A program made the translations under genes and the position numbers. A stretch of 64,000 bases of DNA. Source: Phoronis australis (lineage: Eukaryota; Animalia; Phoronida). Of this stretch, positions 1 to 14,299 are shown piece after piece. Positions within the stretch are counted from its first letter, which is position 1. Every line of letters begins with the position of its first letter. The notes beneath the pieces are model-generated. The model searched no databases, was not told the DNA's origin, and was given only the letters and a program-made list of their open reading frames with translations. Where the stretch lies: assembly GCA_002633005.1 (NCBI GenBank), contig NMRA01000095.1:840401-904400 (forward strand). The letters are read 5' to 3'.

Positions 1-710
1 TAAGCGTTTTTCAATATTTCGTTTACTGAGCGCTTCGTCAAAAAGACGACTAATTTCAAAAAGCGTAATATGTATAGAAAGAAAAGCTCATGGGAGGTTT
101 TTCGGATATTTACTGGGGACAAATGAGAAGAAAAACAGTAGCGAAGGGGGGCACTTACGGATCTAGGATGTCGCAAGCGAGCCACAAGGGCAACAGTCGA
201 AGAAATGGGCGCGTTTGCGTCAACTCTAAACATCGTTTTTGGTTGCATCCGGAACAAATGATGGGCCGACCCTCTTGCCCCATTCGCCTACAGGCGAAGC
301 TTGTCTCAAGTATTAGATGCGAAAGTGTTGGCGACCGGTGGGGTCCAGTCAGGGGGCGCTTGTTCTTGCATTCTCTAAAAATATTCGCGGATCAGATTTT
401 TCTGGGAACTCCCGACTAAGCTTTTTCGTGGTTATTGTTAGAAAATGAAAGGACACGCAGCTGTGGGGATTTCTGTATCTTGATCAAATATGACGATTCG
501 ATTAAATGCACAAAATACCGACCGACTCGATTTAATACGAGTTTGGCCGTCATTTTTGCCAAACTTGTGTCCAGCAATTTTGGAAATGCCGCTGTCTACA
601 ACAGTTATTGTTTTTGTAGAATATATGACAAGCATTTCATTTTCTGCATTACTGTCAATATTTCCATATTTGGTGCACTTAAGAGCAGTAAGAAAATGCA
701 GAAATTGAGC

Positions 711-930
711 CGTGTTCCGAATTTGACACTTGAAATTGGATCTGAGCCCCCTCCCCCCAAACACACTAAATACATTTTTAAATGTGGAAATGCGGAAACA
801 AGATTTAAAAATCATGTTTCCGCCATATACCCGTGCTGATTAATAAACTCAAATTTTTCCTACGCTCTTGCTGTTTTATTTTTTTGCGGCAGCCATGGGG
901 GAGGGGAGGGGGCCTCCCTAAATCCGCCTT
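711..930 (+). repeat. Dispersed repeat, near-identical copy at 5761-5970
   Basis: CCGTGTTCCGAATTTGA.ACTTGAAATTGGAT.TGAGCCCC ... CCTACGCTCTT.CTGTTTTATTTTTT ... CCCTAAATCCGC in both. Confidence 0.65.
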
Positions 931-1975
931 TGGAACCTGTCACGCTCAATGAACAATGTCTTTATTTCATTGGTCACACTAATAGCATAGTGTCCTGACC
1001 TAGATGCCGCATCGTCACGTTAAAACGCCACCTATTAGCCACAACGACAACAACTGACACCACTAGCCTAGCTGAAATTCGTGAGAGACAGACGGAACGT
1101 AAGCAAATTCCAGCATTTGACTTATTTTTTTCTGTATTTTATTACCTCAACTGGATATCTAAAAAAAACTTTAATGCTTTTAGTAAGAGCACTAGATTAA
1201 ACCTTTAGCAGAAAATTGTGAATTTGTTCACTTCTAGCGATAACATAAATTCCAGACTCGTTTTCCAATAAATTTCCAAGATGATGGTTTCCAATACGGC
1301 TGTGAAATAGACCACGTAGGACAAAATGTCTTGGAAACAGCAAAAACCTGCCACTACTATTTACAAAAATACACCTAGGTTAGAAAAGTGTTCCATTTGG
1401 GTACGTTCCGACAAGAGAATAGGTGGCGGTTTCTGCAGTGCAAGGCAAAAGTAATCAGGCCGCAAAATACCGTAATTTCCCTGTCATAACGGCAAATTCT
1501 CTTAACAGAAAAATGACTAGCTGGTATGTTTTTAGCCACCTTGTTTTTAATTTCCCTTCACCCCCTCTTCATTCTCGGTCTTCTGTCTTGAAAGAAGGTT
1601 ACTCTATGAATTTGGCGCTTCCACCCTGAGTCGTAATGACCAGGAAATCCCCGTGATTTTGTCTGAACACTTTTGACTTGTACCCCACCTAACATTCGCC
1701 TCAGCTGCTTCATGTTATATGTTTAAAACGAGGACGTTCGGCTAAGAGGTTGGTAATCACGGATTCTGAATGTCGGTGTAACAACTCGACCAAAGGCAGC
1801 ACTTACTTAAACAATAATCATGTTACGACAATACTTGTGCGAACTCGTGCTTTGGGGACCCGCGGGATCTCCTGTTCTCAGGTCAACGACTCAACTTCCA
1901 TAGGACTGTACTTTAATCCGGTTCTTGTGACTATACGTCCTCAAGCCTAATGTGTGTATATTTCTCCTACATTAG

Positions 1976-4900
1976 TTTCAGAAACTCATGGCAAGTTCGT
2001 ACATCAACTGCACGATTACCTCTTGCAAGACTACAACAAAGACATTCGACCAGTAAAGCGACCTGAAGATGCCGTGTTTGTTGCCATGGAAACGCGGCTT
2101 ATAAACATTTTGGAGTTTGTGCGTTATAGTTCATTGCAGATTGTTTAAGCGGCTGATGAACCCCAGTTCCATCAAGGAAGCAATTTTTTGATGTTGACCA
2201 TTTAGCGCTATAAATTTGGTCTCAGTCGAACGTGTTTCTTACTCAGATCCGTGCCCAGACCAAGAAGCTTTTTGTCTAAGCTCAGAGTGAGAAGTGATCC
2301 AAGGACATGGAAAGAACCACCACATTGTTATTCCGTGAGGCCACACTCAGTGCATCAACTGATCATCCATCGTATCGAGCCAACTTGTGGAACTCGTTCT
2401 CACGCAATAACGAATCGTTAGTTCATTCCAAGCACCCCCGGCGCGGCCTTGGGGTCTGGTTCGAAATCGAAATTACTTTTTACATTTTCTGCGAACTCGA
2501 GCTAATTTTCTCTTATTCTGTGCCTAAGGAAGCAACGGATTACGCAAACGAGAGGGCAGTTCAAATTTGCTCTTGATCACCCCTATATTCAATCTATAAA
2601 CACGCGTAAAAAACTCGAGATTTCGTGACTCGAACTGTAGCTTTAATGCTGGGTCATCAATGTAAACCACAAAATACTCCAGAATAGAATAAAACACGCT
2701 TACTTGTACTAAAGAAGAACGGATAATGTTTAATTAATTTCGAGTTCTTCGAGTAAAAATATTAGAAATAAGGGTAAGTGATCTAAATCAAAAGTTTATT
2801 TTTTGTGATGGAAGGTGGGTTTATGGCCGCTTTAAGAGTAATATTACTATATTTTGTCTGGGAGCTTTTACAGTTTTTTAAGTTATCATTTCGTTTTGGC
2901 AACATTTTGGTCACGTGACCTAATCGGTGGTTCTGCTGTGCGTGAACCTGGAATCTTGCTTAATCTCAAGATAGCGAATGCGTGGACTTGGAATTGAATA
3001 TTCATTTGGGCAATCAGGTGAATTTTTATTTCAGTGTAAAGATTTTTTGTAATTATTGGCCTCATGAACACACATTTTCTGCTTTAGCCTAAGTTATGTC
3101 AAAGAATCGGAAGAATATGTGAATGGTTAAATCAATTATTGGTTGGTGCATAACATCACTATTGGTTAAAAATTATGATATTTTATTAACATGTTATTTA
3201 GTGCTCTGCCAATTTTTATGAACGCGAGGGCGATTATTTGAGTGAACTTGTCAATTTTCTTAGCGTATGTTCACGCATACACGATCTTAAGATGTAGCAA
3301 GATTCCAAGTTCGCACACAGAAGTCTCGGTGGCTCCGTGGACTAGAGAGGGTCTGCAAGGTTAGCAGAAGGCACCAGGTTCGAGTCCCAGTCGGGGCACT
3401 AATCTTTTCAGACTTACAGTCACTAAGTCACGTCATGTGGCATGCAGATCAGAATTAAAATTGCTTGCGACCTATATTTCCACTCCGGTCTAAGATTTAC
3501 ATATTCGTTATCTATTATGCAACGTTTTATTTCTAAAGAAAATCGTGAATGACCTATTTTTCCATGACCCCCATGCAAAAGTGGACTAATCTAGAAAGAA
3601 CTAGTATCGTTTTGGAGCAGCAGGTAACAAGTATGGTATATGGAAGTTTCATATGAATCTGATCAGCCATTTCTAAGACATGATGTTCCGAAGCCTAGGC
3701 AAATTTTGTCTAGGGCCCGTCACAAATTTGACTCGTCACTTCCTGTCAAAAATGGCTGATAGAATACATTTGACTCCATCTTGAACAAATAGTGGTCCAT
3801 TTATATTTTCGCGCTAATACAACTCTGTGTTTGTTACCACTATGCAAAACCAATGGAACAAAAAAACTGTACTCTAGTAAAAAGAGTCCAATTTGTTTTG
3901 AATCTCATGACTTTTTCGGATTGTGTTTCGTAACGTTCTCACTTGTTCGTATTTTAGGCGGAAACGAAACAGACTTTGGCAACTGCGCAAGTGGTCATTC
4001 TGGTAAGTTCCTTGTCATGCAACGCATTTTTTTCATTTCTTAACAGGTTGTAAATATCGGCAACAATTGCGCTACTAAAAGTCCATTCACTAGAACTTTA
4101 AAAATGTTTTAACTGGAAAGTTGTTTAAAACGTAACATTTTGAATTCGTCGTGCGAAATCAAACTCAAAACGTTTTACTCCAAAAATGTAAAAAAATTCA
4201 AAAACGAATTTAGCAGTATGGTTAAATGAGACGTTTGAAGTAGACTTACGCACAAACGTACTCAATAAATTTTTAATACAGAAGGCCAAAAATTTTGCTT
4301 CTTAAAAATTCATTTTTAAAGAAATCGTTACCAAACTTTAAAAATCCTATTTAGTATGAATGGATGACATTTCTACCAAATTTACAAAAATGATGTTAGT
4401 TCGTTACCGTTTTATTGCCTGAAATTTGCTCTCTAAGTGTCCACTTCAAACTGCTAGCGGTTAGTGTCCACTTTCTATTGCTAGCGATTAGTGTCCACAT
4501 TCTACTGCTAGCGATTAGTGTCCACTTTCTACTGCTAGCGGTTAGTGTCCAGTTTCTATTGCTAGTGTTTAGTGTCCACTTTCTATTGCTAGTGTTTAGT
4601 GTCCACTTTCTATTGCTAGTATTTAGTGTCCACTTTCTATTGCTAGTGTTTAGTGTCCACTTTCTACTGCTAGTGCTTAGTGTCCACTTTCTATTGCTAG
4701 TGTTTAGTGTCCACTTTCTACTGCTAGTGGTTAGTGTCCACGTTCTATTGCTAGTGGTTATCGACAATTTTGCTCGACACCTTCCGTATTTCCGTGCCAT
4801 TAGTCCCATGGGTGTATGTGCGGAACTGCGCTTATATGCAAAATTTAGGCGTATGCAGCAATATGCGAACCACATGGGTAAAAAGGCCTAGAAAAAGATA

Positions 4901-7900
4901 TTGTTTCGAATGCAGGACATGGACCTAAAAGCGCAGCAATACGGTAACACAGCACTATTTACAAAATTTCTAGAAAATACGCCAAAGAACTCCAAAGATA
5001 CTGACGCAAACGTAAAAAATGGCCATTAGGAGGCACAGCGGTAGTCAAAACTCGTGCGCCTATATGCGAATTAGGTGACTTAGGCGCATGCGGCAGTATG
5101 CGAAAAGGCATTATTTCGAATGATAAGCCCATGGACCTAAAGGCGCGGTAATGCGGTGCTAGTTTGCTTGCAGCAAAACGGAAGGCACTCATTTGCACAG
5201 GGCCCTGATCGGCATCGGAGTTATTGATTCGTGAACTGTTTTTTTTTTCNNNNNNNNNNNNNNNNNNNNNNNNNNNNNNNNNNNNNNNNNNNNNNNNNNN
5301 NNNNNNNNNNNNNNNNNNNNNNNNNNNNNNNNNNNNNNNNNNNNNNNNNNNNNNNNNNNNNNNNNNNNNNNNNNNNNNNNNNNNNNNNNNNNNNNNNNNN
5401 NNNNNNNNNNNNNNNNNNNNNNNNNNNNNNNNNNNNNNNNNNNNNNNNNNNNNNNNNNNNNNNNNNNNNNNNNNNNNNNNNNNNNNNNNNNNNNNNNNNN
5501 NNNNNNNNNNNNNNNNNNNNNNNNNNNNNNNNNNNNNNNNNNNNNNNNNNNNNNNNNNNNNNNACATCTTACCAGCAGCTTCTGTTTTTTCATCGTCACT
5601 CAGGTTCCATTTTCTTTAAAATATGAAGTAAATTTTCTTCATTGCACAGTGGAGCAGACGATGGAAACGGAGTCGTAGTGCGCAGCGCCACTGCCGGTCG
5701 CCTGGGATATCGCGGGAGAGCCTACTTGTATACTTAGCCATAGTTCCGTTACGAATGCGCCGTGTTCCGAATTTGAGACTTGAAATTGGATTTGAGCCCC
5801 CCCCCAACACTAAAACTGCACACATATAAATCTTTTTTCATCCGCATAATTTTAATTACCCGGGGTTAATTAATAAACTCAACATTTCCCTACGCTCTTA
5901 CTGTTTTATTTTTTGCGGCAACCAAGAGGGGGGGGGGGGCGGGCCCCCTGGGCCCCCCCTAAATCCGCATATGCAGTGATGACCGGAAGAGTTTTAAACG
6001 CTGGTAACGCAAGTGCTATAAATCTGCCTTTTAAGTGTTGATTTAGAACTCTTTCACACTGGGTCCCCTTTCATAAGAATAGCCTTAGGAGGGTTCCATT
6101 TACTTCATGTCAGGAATTTCCGAATATAGGCCCGTGGGCGGATATTCAGAAAACGACCTTTCGAAAATGTTACGTGAAACCGAATATACGGCCGGACGTA
6201 TTTTTGGAAAAGCGGTGAGAGGGCGGGCGACTTTAGTTTCCGAAAATGTCAATCATTTTGTGATGCAGTTGTGGTTTAACGAACACTAATTGTGAACTTC
6301 TTGAAATGAACACGTCGATTTTAATGTATGTAGTTGTATCTCACTGGTAGGACTTTTATTCGTACATACTTCTTTGGTATTCGAGCAAACACGGTGCGTT
6401 AAATTACCCTTCATATTATTTTGTTCAAGCAATTCATCAGATTTTCAAAGCATACCGAAAATACAACCTTGGACGTACTGTTGGGAATATTTCCAATAAT
6501 ACGTCCCTGGGAGTAATTTTGGGTGAGGTCTATTTTCGGAAATTCTGGTACGCCGACATTAACACCTTATTTTACTTAGATTCGGTCTAATATTGTCTCC
6601 ACACGCGGCTGTTTTCAGACGTAAAAGCATGACATAATCTATATCGGACAGCAACCATTTTTGTTATTGACATTTGCTAATTTCCTCTTTTGTAAATCGT
6701 CTCTTTGCCGAACTATTTTTGGCTGAGCGGACTCACGAATTGTCATCGATTTCCACGACGTATTTCGTGGCAGTTCGTAAACAAAGTCGCCGCAGGGCTC
6801 ACACTCTGGCGTCACTAACCAATCTAGTGGGTCTGGCAGTTCGTGAGGCACTCGTGAACTAGACGGTCTCGCCACCTGGTCAGTGACAACTTGCCAAAAA
6901 CCCGTAAAGCAGTCGTTATTGTCGGATATTGACAACTTTTTATTGCATGTGAATATCATATTGGAAAGGAAAGGAATTTGTATATCGCCATAATCAAATT
7001 ACAACTGCATCGACGAGAAAGGTGCGCGGTTCGTGACCACGTGGTACATGAGGAATATAATGAAGTGGGTGTCTATCTTGAGCTTACGGAGTTAGGAAGT
7101 GGGTACGAACACGAAAAAGAAAAATCGTCAGTACCAGGACATCTCTTTGCAAATACCGATTTTTGTTATATCATGGGCGGCGCACCATAGGGAGCGCTGG
7201 GGGGGGGGTCTATACCCTACAACTTGTTCTTCCCAGTGCTGTACCGCCCATGAGCGATGGGGCGCGCACCATAGGGGGCTGGAGGGCTATAGCCCCCATC
7301 TTGTTTCAATGCAGCGCCGCCCACAGTCGCATAGTGATACACACGGCTTTATTATGATCCCGGGTTTCTCCAACCTCCGGCATGCAGTCACGTACATATG
7401 TTCTATTTCCACTTAGTGCAATCGAACAGTCACTGATATCGGCCAGAACAGATGTGTGGGTTACGTCTGATGGCAACATTACATGGATAATTCCCGCACA
7501 AATTGTTACGTCGTGCAAAATCAACGTGGCGAAGTTTCCATTTGACGAACAATTTTGCCTGATGTTCTTCGGCTCATGGATTTACACGGCTAGCCACATT
7601 TTCTTGACCACTCGCAATGAACGCCATGATGCCTACTACAGAGACACAGGGGACGAATGGATGCTCGTAGGTAATACGTTCGCACGGCAGTAGTATAGTA
7701 ATTTGTTTTGGTGGCACGTTTGGGAGGGACCCTCGGAAAGGTCAAAGGTCCCGCTATGGATCCCCTTTGTTCTCACTCATCTTTCAACAACAGATGTCGC
7801 GTATAACCCGTGAAAGGTGATGAGGGGATATTGTAACCACCTAACTCAACAACAGCTGTCGTGTACTGACGGTACTAAACTGAATAATGAGGTATTGTGA

Positions 7901-10900
7901 CGGCCTTAAATATAACATAAACTTAAATTTCTAAACGTGTATTCATAACTAAGTACGTTCAAATACACATCATGATGTTCAGACACCAATATCCGTACAA
8001 GTATTTTCTCCTGTCTGGGACTAGACATATGCTTCACATAAAATAACGTCATGGTTTGATAACATACGTAAGTTTTACATAAAGACTGGACAGGTATGTC
8101 TTTCTTTATACTGGGCCAATTAAGTATATTTTGAACCAAACTGAAAATCAATTACGTGAAAAGAAACCAGTGTTTTAGCCGTGTATTAACAACGAAGGGC
8201 GTTGTAACACGCCGTTACTGGATCGGACGGGGAGTCAGGGTGAGTCCACCGACAACGGCATTATTATTTTGAAGTAGTGTTCGCTTGGCGCAAGTCTGTT
8301 GGTAGGATATTTTTAATAGTCAACTGCCCAGACACCGTGCATCCAATAACTTATAACCAAACAACCTTTCTCAAAATTAAATCATCATGTCCCAGTGTTA
8401 TTTAGAGCAAAGAACAAAGAATCTCATTAAATTTCTCAAATTAGGTCATGAGCCCACGCACGCACAATAAAGTAATAAACCTTTTATTCGTACGCAGCTA
8501 GCATAATCCCTATTTTGTTTCCACTCGATGGGAGTCCTGATTATAGACAAGTGGAAGCCCATGATTTATGGATCAGTTGAACTCTACAAACACAGCGTAT
8601 TCAATGTCTTTTTATAATTAACAACCAGATGGTGGACATGACACGCCCAAACCTACACCTGATGACGTCATCACGTGACTTCGACTTCGAATTCGACCTT
8701 GTCTTTCTTCCGATTTACCGAATACTTCTGGTTACATGCATGACCTTGCAGTGGGTCGAGATCCCTTTCCAACAGGTCCAATTATACCTATTACGTAATG
8801 ATTTGTGACGTCATTGTCATTTCCTTTTGGTAGGCGGATGATGCCCCTTCCGGCTTAATTGCAACCAACATGCATGACCTTTGACATATGACCTTTGATT
8901 GATGGTCTTTGACCGAGGTGCCTCCCAAACAACTTACTATACTACTCACGGCGTTGCCGGTTCCTTCGTCAAACCAAAATGCCCTATTCATATGAGGACC
9001 TTAATTTGCCGAAAATTGTAAACAGAAATGGGACCCAACAAAGTAACACGCTCCGAAGGCAAAGTTTTAATTATAGGTCCACCTAATGAGAAACGTTGAT
9101 GATAAATTATTCAGACAACAGTTTTTGGCGGTTTCGAGAATTTTGATTTGTCCAAAAGTGGTTTCTAATTTAATCATTTAAAATTTATTTTAGATCTCTA
9201 AGTGAAGCAATCAGCGACAATGAAGCTTGAACAAGCGCATAAAGATGATTAGGATTACACGAATTAATATCAGACTACACTTCAACAGTTGCTCCGGGAC
9301 TTTTCATCTTATGTGAATGCGTTTTACTTTTTTCAAATATCTGCAAGCCCACTGACCCTAGACATCCCTGGCTGACAATTCATGTGGCTTTCAGGAATCA
9401 CCTTACCTTGGCACTCAAATATTCAAGCAATCCGGGCAATTCTTAACTCAAACTGTAAAATGTTGTAAAGCATCTAATTCAAACAGAGGATTCTAGCCAC
9501 GACTCAACAGCTCCGTGGACCCCATATTAGCGGGGGGGGGGCGATTTTCTGTCGTAACATCGCTCTTTGGTAATGTCAGAGATCTTTTCCTATTTGTAGA
9601 GATGTATTTGACTTCACGAGTCTTCAAATATCCCTGTTGCCCCGCACCGTTTACTGAGGTCAAAGCCGTGGTGCACATAAAGAGACAGTCTCTTTTCTAC
9701 ACATTCAACCTGGCCATGCCTGTTTCCCTCATGCTCGTGCTCACGTGCGTCGGCTTCTACGTGCCGTGTGAATCTGGAGAGAAGATAACTCTAGGCATTA
9801 CGCTGTTTTTGTCGGATACCGTGTTTCTTATTATTGTGTCGAATTATCTTCCGCCGACGTCTGACACAATACCTTTCCTTTGTAAGTTCGGTCTAAACAA
9901 TTTATTTTAAGCAGCTAGGTACTTGCCTTCTGTCAAAAGGCCCATTTTGATTTAGACCGCTTGGGTCTGCCGTCAAATTGGTCACATATTATTCTGTTCT
10001 TACTGAAATAAGAGTTGTAAGAAGAGATTTCTGGGCTTGAAAGTTCAATGCTTGAGATCAGGGCCCAGTTTCATAAACTTAAGTTATACGCCGTATAGCA
10101 ACAATGACGTCGCATTATCACTCGCCACTTTGTTATTGTTGAACAATGCACCTGACGTCATGCAACAATCAAATTTATTCAGCGGATAACTTTGAAGTTT
10201 TATGAAACCCAGACCAGAGGAATATGTATCATAAAAGTGACTTTTAAGCGTCTTAAAAGACGTCAGACAGAAAGTTGATCTTACGCTCCACACGAGTATT
10301 CCAGAAAATAATTAAATCTCTTGAGCAAAAGTGCAAAATCTGTGAGTATATCCACATAACTGGTTTTTATTGAGAAAATTTCTATAAATTATGATGGTCT
10401 CGTAATTATACTTGGCTAAACTTTTTCAGCAAATTGTGAAGTGGAATCGTAAGACCAAATTTCTGTCCTAAATTTTTAGTCACTGTCATGAAACAGATCG
10501 TAGGCACTACAAATCAGGGGCGGATCCAGGATTTTGAACCGCCAAGTGTAATCTGGGAGAATTTTAGGAGAGGCCATGACCCCCTCTAAATCCGCCACTG
10601 CAAATTGACTTGATCCAGATCACTGACTATGGTTACGAGTAGTGACGTCAATCCCATGCAAATGTAGTAGATGAGTTATGCAATGCATTTTTTTATTCCT
10701 CATCCGCAGGAGAGGAGATTTCAATCCAGGGCGGGACTATTCAACGTCAACTGGAGTCTTGTCGAGCGTACGACTACTCGAATCACGAAGGGCAATCGGC
10801 CTTTGAACAAAACAAATACGCAAAATAAACCTGACAAAATATTCAAAACACACATTTTCCATCCGTCATTGTAACCATCTTAGTTTGGTTTAATTAGTTG

Positions 10901-11867
10901 CCGTTGCTGGATGGCTGATATTCCGCTACCCATTCACACATACAGGCAAAGTTATGTCATAATGTTTCCCGAACAGCCAAGTCCAGATACGCCGTATACG
11001 TCCAGACAGGCGTGCACTCGACAGAGAGTATGATTTCACATTTGCAGATTGCATACTAATATTAACGAAATGTATTTTTTTTTGAGCAGCTCAGTACTTC
11101 GGATTGACTATAATCCTTCAAGCACTGTCGACACTCATGAACGTCATTATAGTGTATAGCTTCGAGCAGGGTCGCGATGGTATGAGAGTGCCATGGTGGC
11201 TAAGAAGTGTCGTCTTTGGAAAAGTGGGTCGTTTAATGTTACAGAACCACCAGCGAAAATTGTCGAAGATATATATGGTAATTTTTTATGAAAACGTTAT
11301 ATTATTGAGTTTAACTCTGTCGAAACAACTTTACCACCTACAAGTTTAATCTTTCTAGAAAGTACGACTTTCTCTACGAAAATGTAGCACCGGTTACTTT
11401 ATCCATCCAACGCGGTGATATAATCCATCAAGCCTAATGTAAAATAACAACTGTCTTGATTATTGCCACATGGTCTTATAAAATGGCTTAATATTCATTT
11501 GGAACACGGTAGCCGTGCGAACTCTCGTATTTTACCTATTTCGCAGAAAGAAAACTGCAACCTTTCAAAGGACAAAATCATGTTACCGGGATGTTTAGAC
11601 TCCGGATTCGGTGACGAACCACTTCCCGCCGACACGGAGAAGACGTCGGAAGAAACATCTTTACATCGAGAGTCTCTTGAAGCCTTGAAAAAAATTCATT
11701 TCACTGTTGAATGCATTCGCACGGAGTTGAGAAGAAGAGAGCATGAAAAACAAGAGTCCAGAAAAACAAACACTGAATGGGCATTGGTGGCCGTTGTCGT
11801 TGATAGAACGTGCTTGGTTCTGTTTGTATTAATATCCCTTATATCCCTGATGGGGATTTTATTGTAG
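1976..11867 (+). CDS. Nicotinic acetylcholine receptor alpha-type subunit (Cys-loop channel), divergent; partial model. Visible exons 1976-2118, 7417-7670, 9600-9881, 11090-11277, 11547-11867
   Basis: N-terminal LHDYLLQDYNKDIRPV; Cys-loop C-x13-C CKINVAKFPFDEQFC; loop B FGSWIY; loop C YPCC vicinal cysteines; M1-M2 PCESGEKITLGIT; M4 EWALVAVVVDR. Exons have AG/GT boundaries and the last four join in phase. The signal-peptide exon and the exons for loop D and loop A (WxPD) were not found; an N gap at 5250-5563 lies where the latter are expected. Confidence 0.9.
2934..3320. mobile_element. MITE family A (~385 bp), copy 1
   Basis: TIRs CTGTGCGTGAACCTGGAATCTTGCT ... AGCAAGATTCCAAGTTCGCACACAG; internal sequence shared with 43277-43625. 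Confidence 0.75.
3323..3400 (+). mobile_element. tRNA-derived SINE head / tRNA-like pseudogene
   Basis: A-box-like GGTGGCTCCGTGG, B-box GGTTCGAGTCC and a wobble-paired acceptor stem, but no clean anticodon arm. Similar heads at ~22180-22255 (-), 39372-39445 (-) and ~47755-47820 (+). Confidence 0.55.
4436..4760. repeat. 27-bp minisatellite, ~12 copies
   Basis: Unit AGTGTCCACTTTCTATTGCTAGTGTTT; explains the repetitive ORFs on both strands. Confidence 0.95.
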
Positions 11868-12047
11868 CCTGTCAGTAGGCTAGTACAGATTTTATGAACG
11901 CTGAAGACGGGCGACGAAAGTTCAACCGTGAGGACTGCGCGTGACAGACTCTCGGCCTACAAACACGCGCCCTCGGCTCACAGACTGCCAACTGGAACAC
12001 GGACCATGGGTTTGTTTCATTATCACGCGAGGTTGTTTAGTTGTCAG

Positions 12048-12208
12048 CAGTGCTGTAGTGGTAAAATGATAGGTAACTAGGCGCCTTAAATCCACTGTAT
12101 CACCTTCAGTTGAGCACTGAGCGTAACTTACGGTGGGTAGGCGCTACGTTCAAATGCCAAAAGGTGATTGGCTGCGCCTACGTACGCCTACGCCTCACTA
12201 CAGCACTG
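12048..12208. mobile_element. hAT-type MITE just 3' of the nAChR stop
   Basis: TIR CAGTGCTGTAGTG ... CACTACAGCACTG; 8-bp flanks GTTGTCAG / TTTGTCAG (7/8 match, TSD). Confidence 0.7.
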
Positions 12209-14299
12209 TTTGTCAGAATTCATCAGCCACAGCTATTATTGGTGCCGTCTTCGTGACTCGGTCACTGATTGCAGCTGCCTCGCCGGCTGAAGTGTGCCCT
12301 CTGCAAACGTACGATTGAGCATGGCGAAGACGCTAACAACCTCAGATGTCAGTAACGCAAGCTTAATAGATCACACCAAAGCGCGAAAAGGCCACAATTG
12401 AATGAACTTCATAATAAACTTACCAGTCAATTCGAAGCCGCCCGCAGGGGTATCTACCCGTTAAGCAAGCACTGACAGATTAAATTGTACGAACATACCC
12501 GAAATATTCAAGCCCTTATTCCATAAATTCGTGACCAAGAGCCATTTTTCCTGCTAGTTTCGTAGAAACCTACATTTTAATGTTAAATACGCCATATGCG
12601 TCATGTAAAAAACAAGTTGCTTATAAGGGAGCAACGACGGATGCACTTGAAGTTACTTCATTTATAGAGCAAAGGTAAGAAGTCTGAAGTGGCCGAACCG
12701 TAAACAGTTTTTAATAATAACTGTTACAATAATTATCAAAGCTTGTTGCAAATGATTTCAATTCAACACTCTGCGGAGACGTACAACACATTCTCAATGT
12801 CTGCGTCCACTCCAAAAAAGGCGGAAAAACGAAGTAAGCGAACGTTTGACTTACTTTAGTAATTTGCAAATTGAGTTCACACGATTACTTCTCCCTTAAT
12901 TCCGCGTAAACCGCACTGACTGAACTTCAGCTTAATGGTGTAGACTCGTTATTTCTTGGAAAACTTACCCCATCGAAATTTTCAAACCGATGGCGGAACG
13001 GATAACTCTTGCACGCCCAATAAGCTGTGCCCACCGAGGGCAACTGGCAAGTGACAATATTTTAATGACCAGGGGTGCGTTCCCGTGGACGCGGGAAACT
13101 CACGAAAGCCCAAGGCTCTACGCGCAAGTCACTGCAAGATATCCCCATGCTTCACAAGCAAACCACGTAGTCACACTCTGTCTTCTCGCGAATGTTTTGG
13201 GTCTATGTAACGGTAGCCCAGTCTCCTTTTTTGCGGGTAACCCGGCGGCGTCGGCTTACTGGATCTTGCGGCAGCTGGCTGAGCGTGTACAGCTCTTTGC
13301 ACACGTCACGTCTGAGAATCCATGAGCAATGATTGGAGCTCTGTAGGTGAATATTTACATGTGAACCTCTGTCAGAATTTAGATAGGTCCGTTTCTCGAG
13401 CGGAAGCTATTTGGTTTTGTTGTTACTACTAAAATTAGTCTACAAATGGCTTAGCTTTCTCAAAAACCAGGGTAAGTCTGAAAATCTGTCTACAACTCCA
13501 TCTTGTCAAAGGGTAGCCAATCCGCAGCGTCAGTGCTCGACTACACAGAACGTTTCGAGAAACGCAAAAGACAATTGAATAAGGTCCATAGTCTCTAAGA
13601 GAAACAACCCCATGGAACAGGCCGTGTATCCAATATTGATCATTCTGTGTGGGGCCCACCAGAAGATTTCTTAACCACTGCTACCTGTGCTGTTTACATA
13701 TAGTTTGTTCGAAATATGTTAGTGTGTTCATAAGTGCTTCTTGCACTACCTGATAACTGAAATTCTATAGCCTTGTTAACAAAACTACTACAAGCAGTCT
13801 TATGTTACTTACTCTGATAATACACTATTTTTCATGTTTGAATACTTTCATTTTTCAAGATATGCCACACCGAAGCACGAACTGTTTTGGATAATATACC
13901 ATTTTCAGGTTTCAAGGAAAATACAAATATTTATGTATTCACGCGTGGACGGGACGAAAGTTCATGAAACTAAGCTGTTATATGCAAATGACGGGATGAG
14001 TGATTCCGTATTATTCAGATTCAGAAACGCGTGAATCCTAGATGTGTAAATTAATGTACTTCGTATTATATTTTTTTCACTGATGCCGCATCCTAAATTA
14101 TAATTTCAAATGACCTTTTATACGTGTAGTCGAGGACCATGTGTCAGTCGATCAGAAAAAGAAACTACTATTCAAGGATTTTGAGAACTATCGTGCGGTC
14201 CACATTGATATCTGAAAGGGGAACCAAACTCGGAGCACACGTCAGTTGCAGAGTTCAACTTTCTTAGCGCACGTGATCTGGGAACACGTCAGTGTTACA

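Noticed and set aside
3323-3400. Functional tRNA genes here and at 22180-22255, 39372-39445 and 47755-47820
   Set aside because: A/B boxes are present but the cloverleafs are degenerate; better explained as SINE heads.
4396-4891. Two ~160-aa repetitive ORFs (LLLVFSVHF / RKWTLNTSN)
   Set aside because: They arise from translating a stop-free 27-bp minisatellite in an nAChR intron.
4959-5626. ORFs with long X runs
   Set aside because: They span the N gap 5250-5563.
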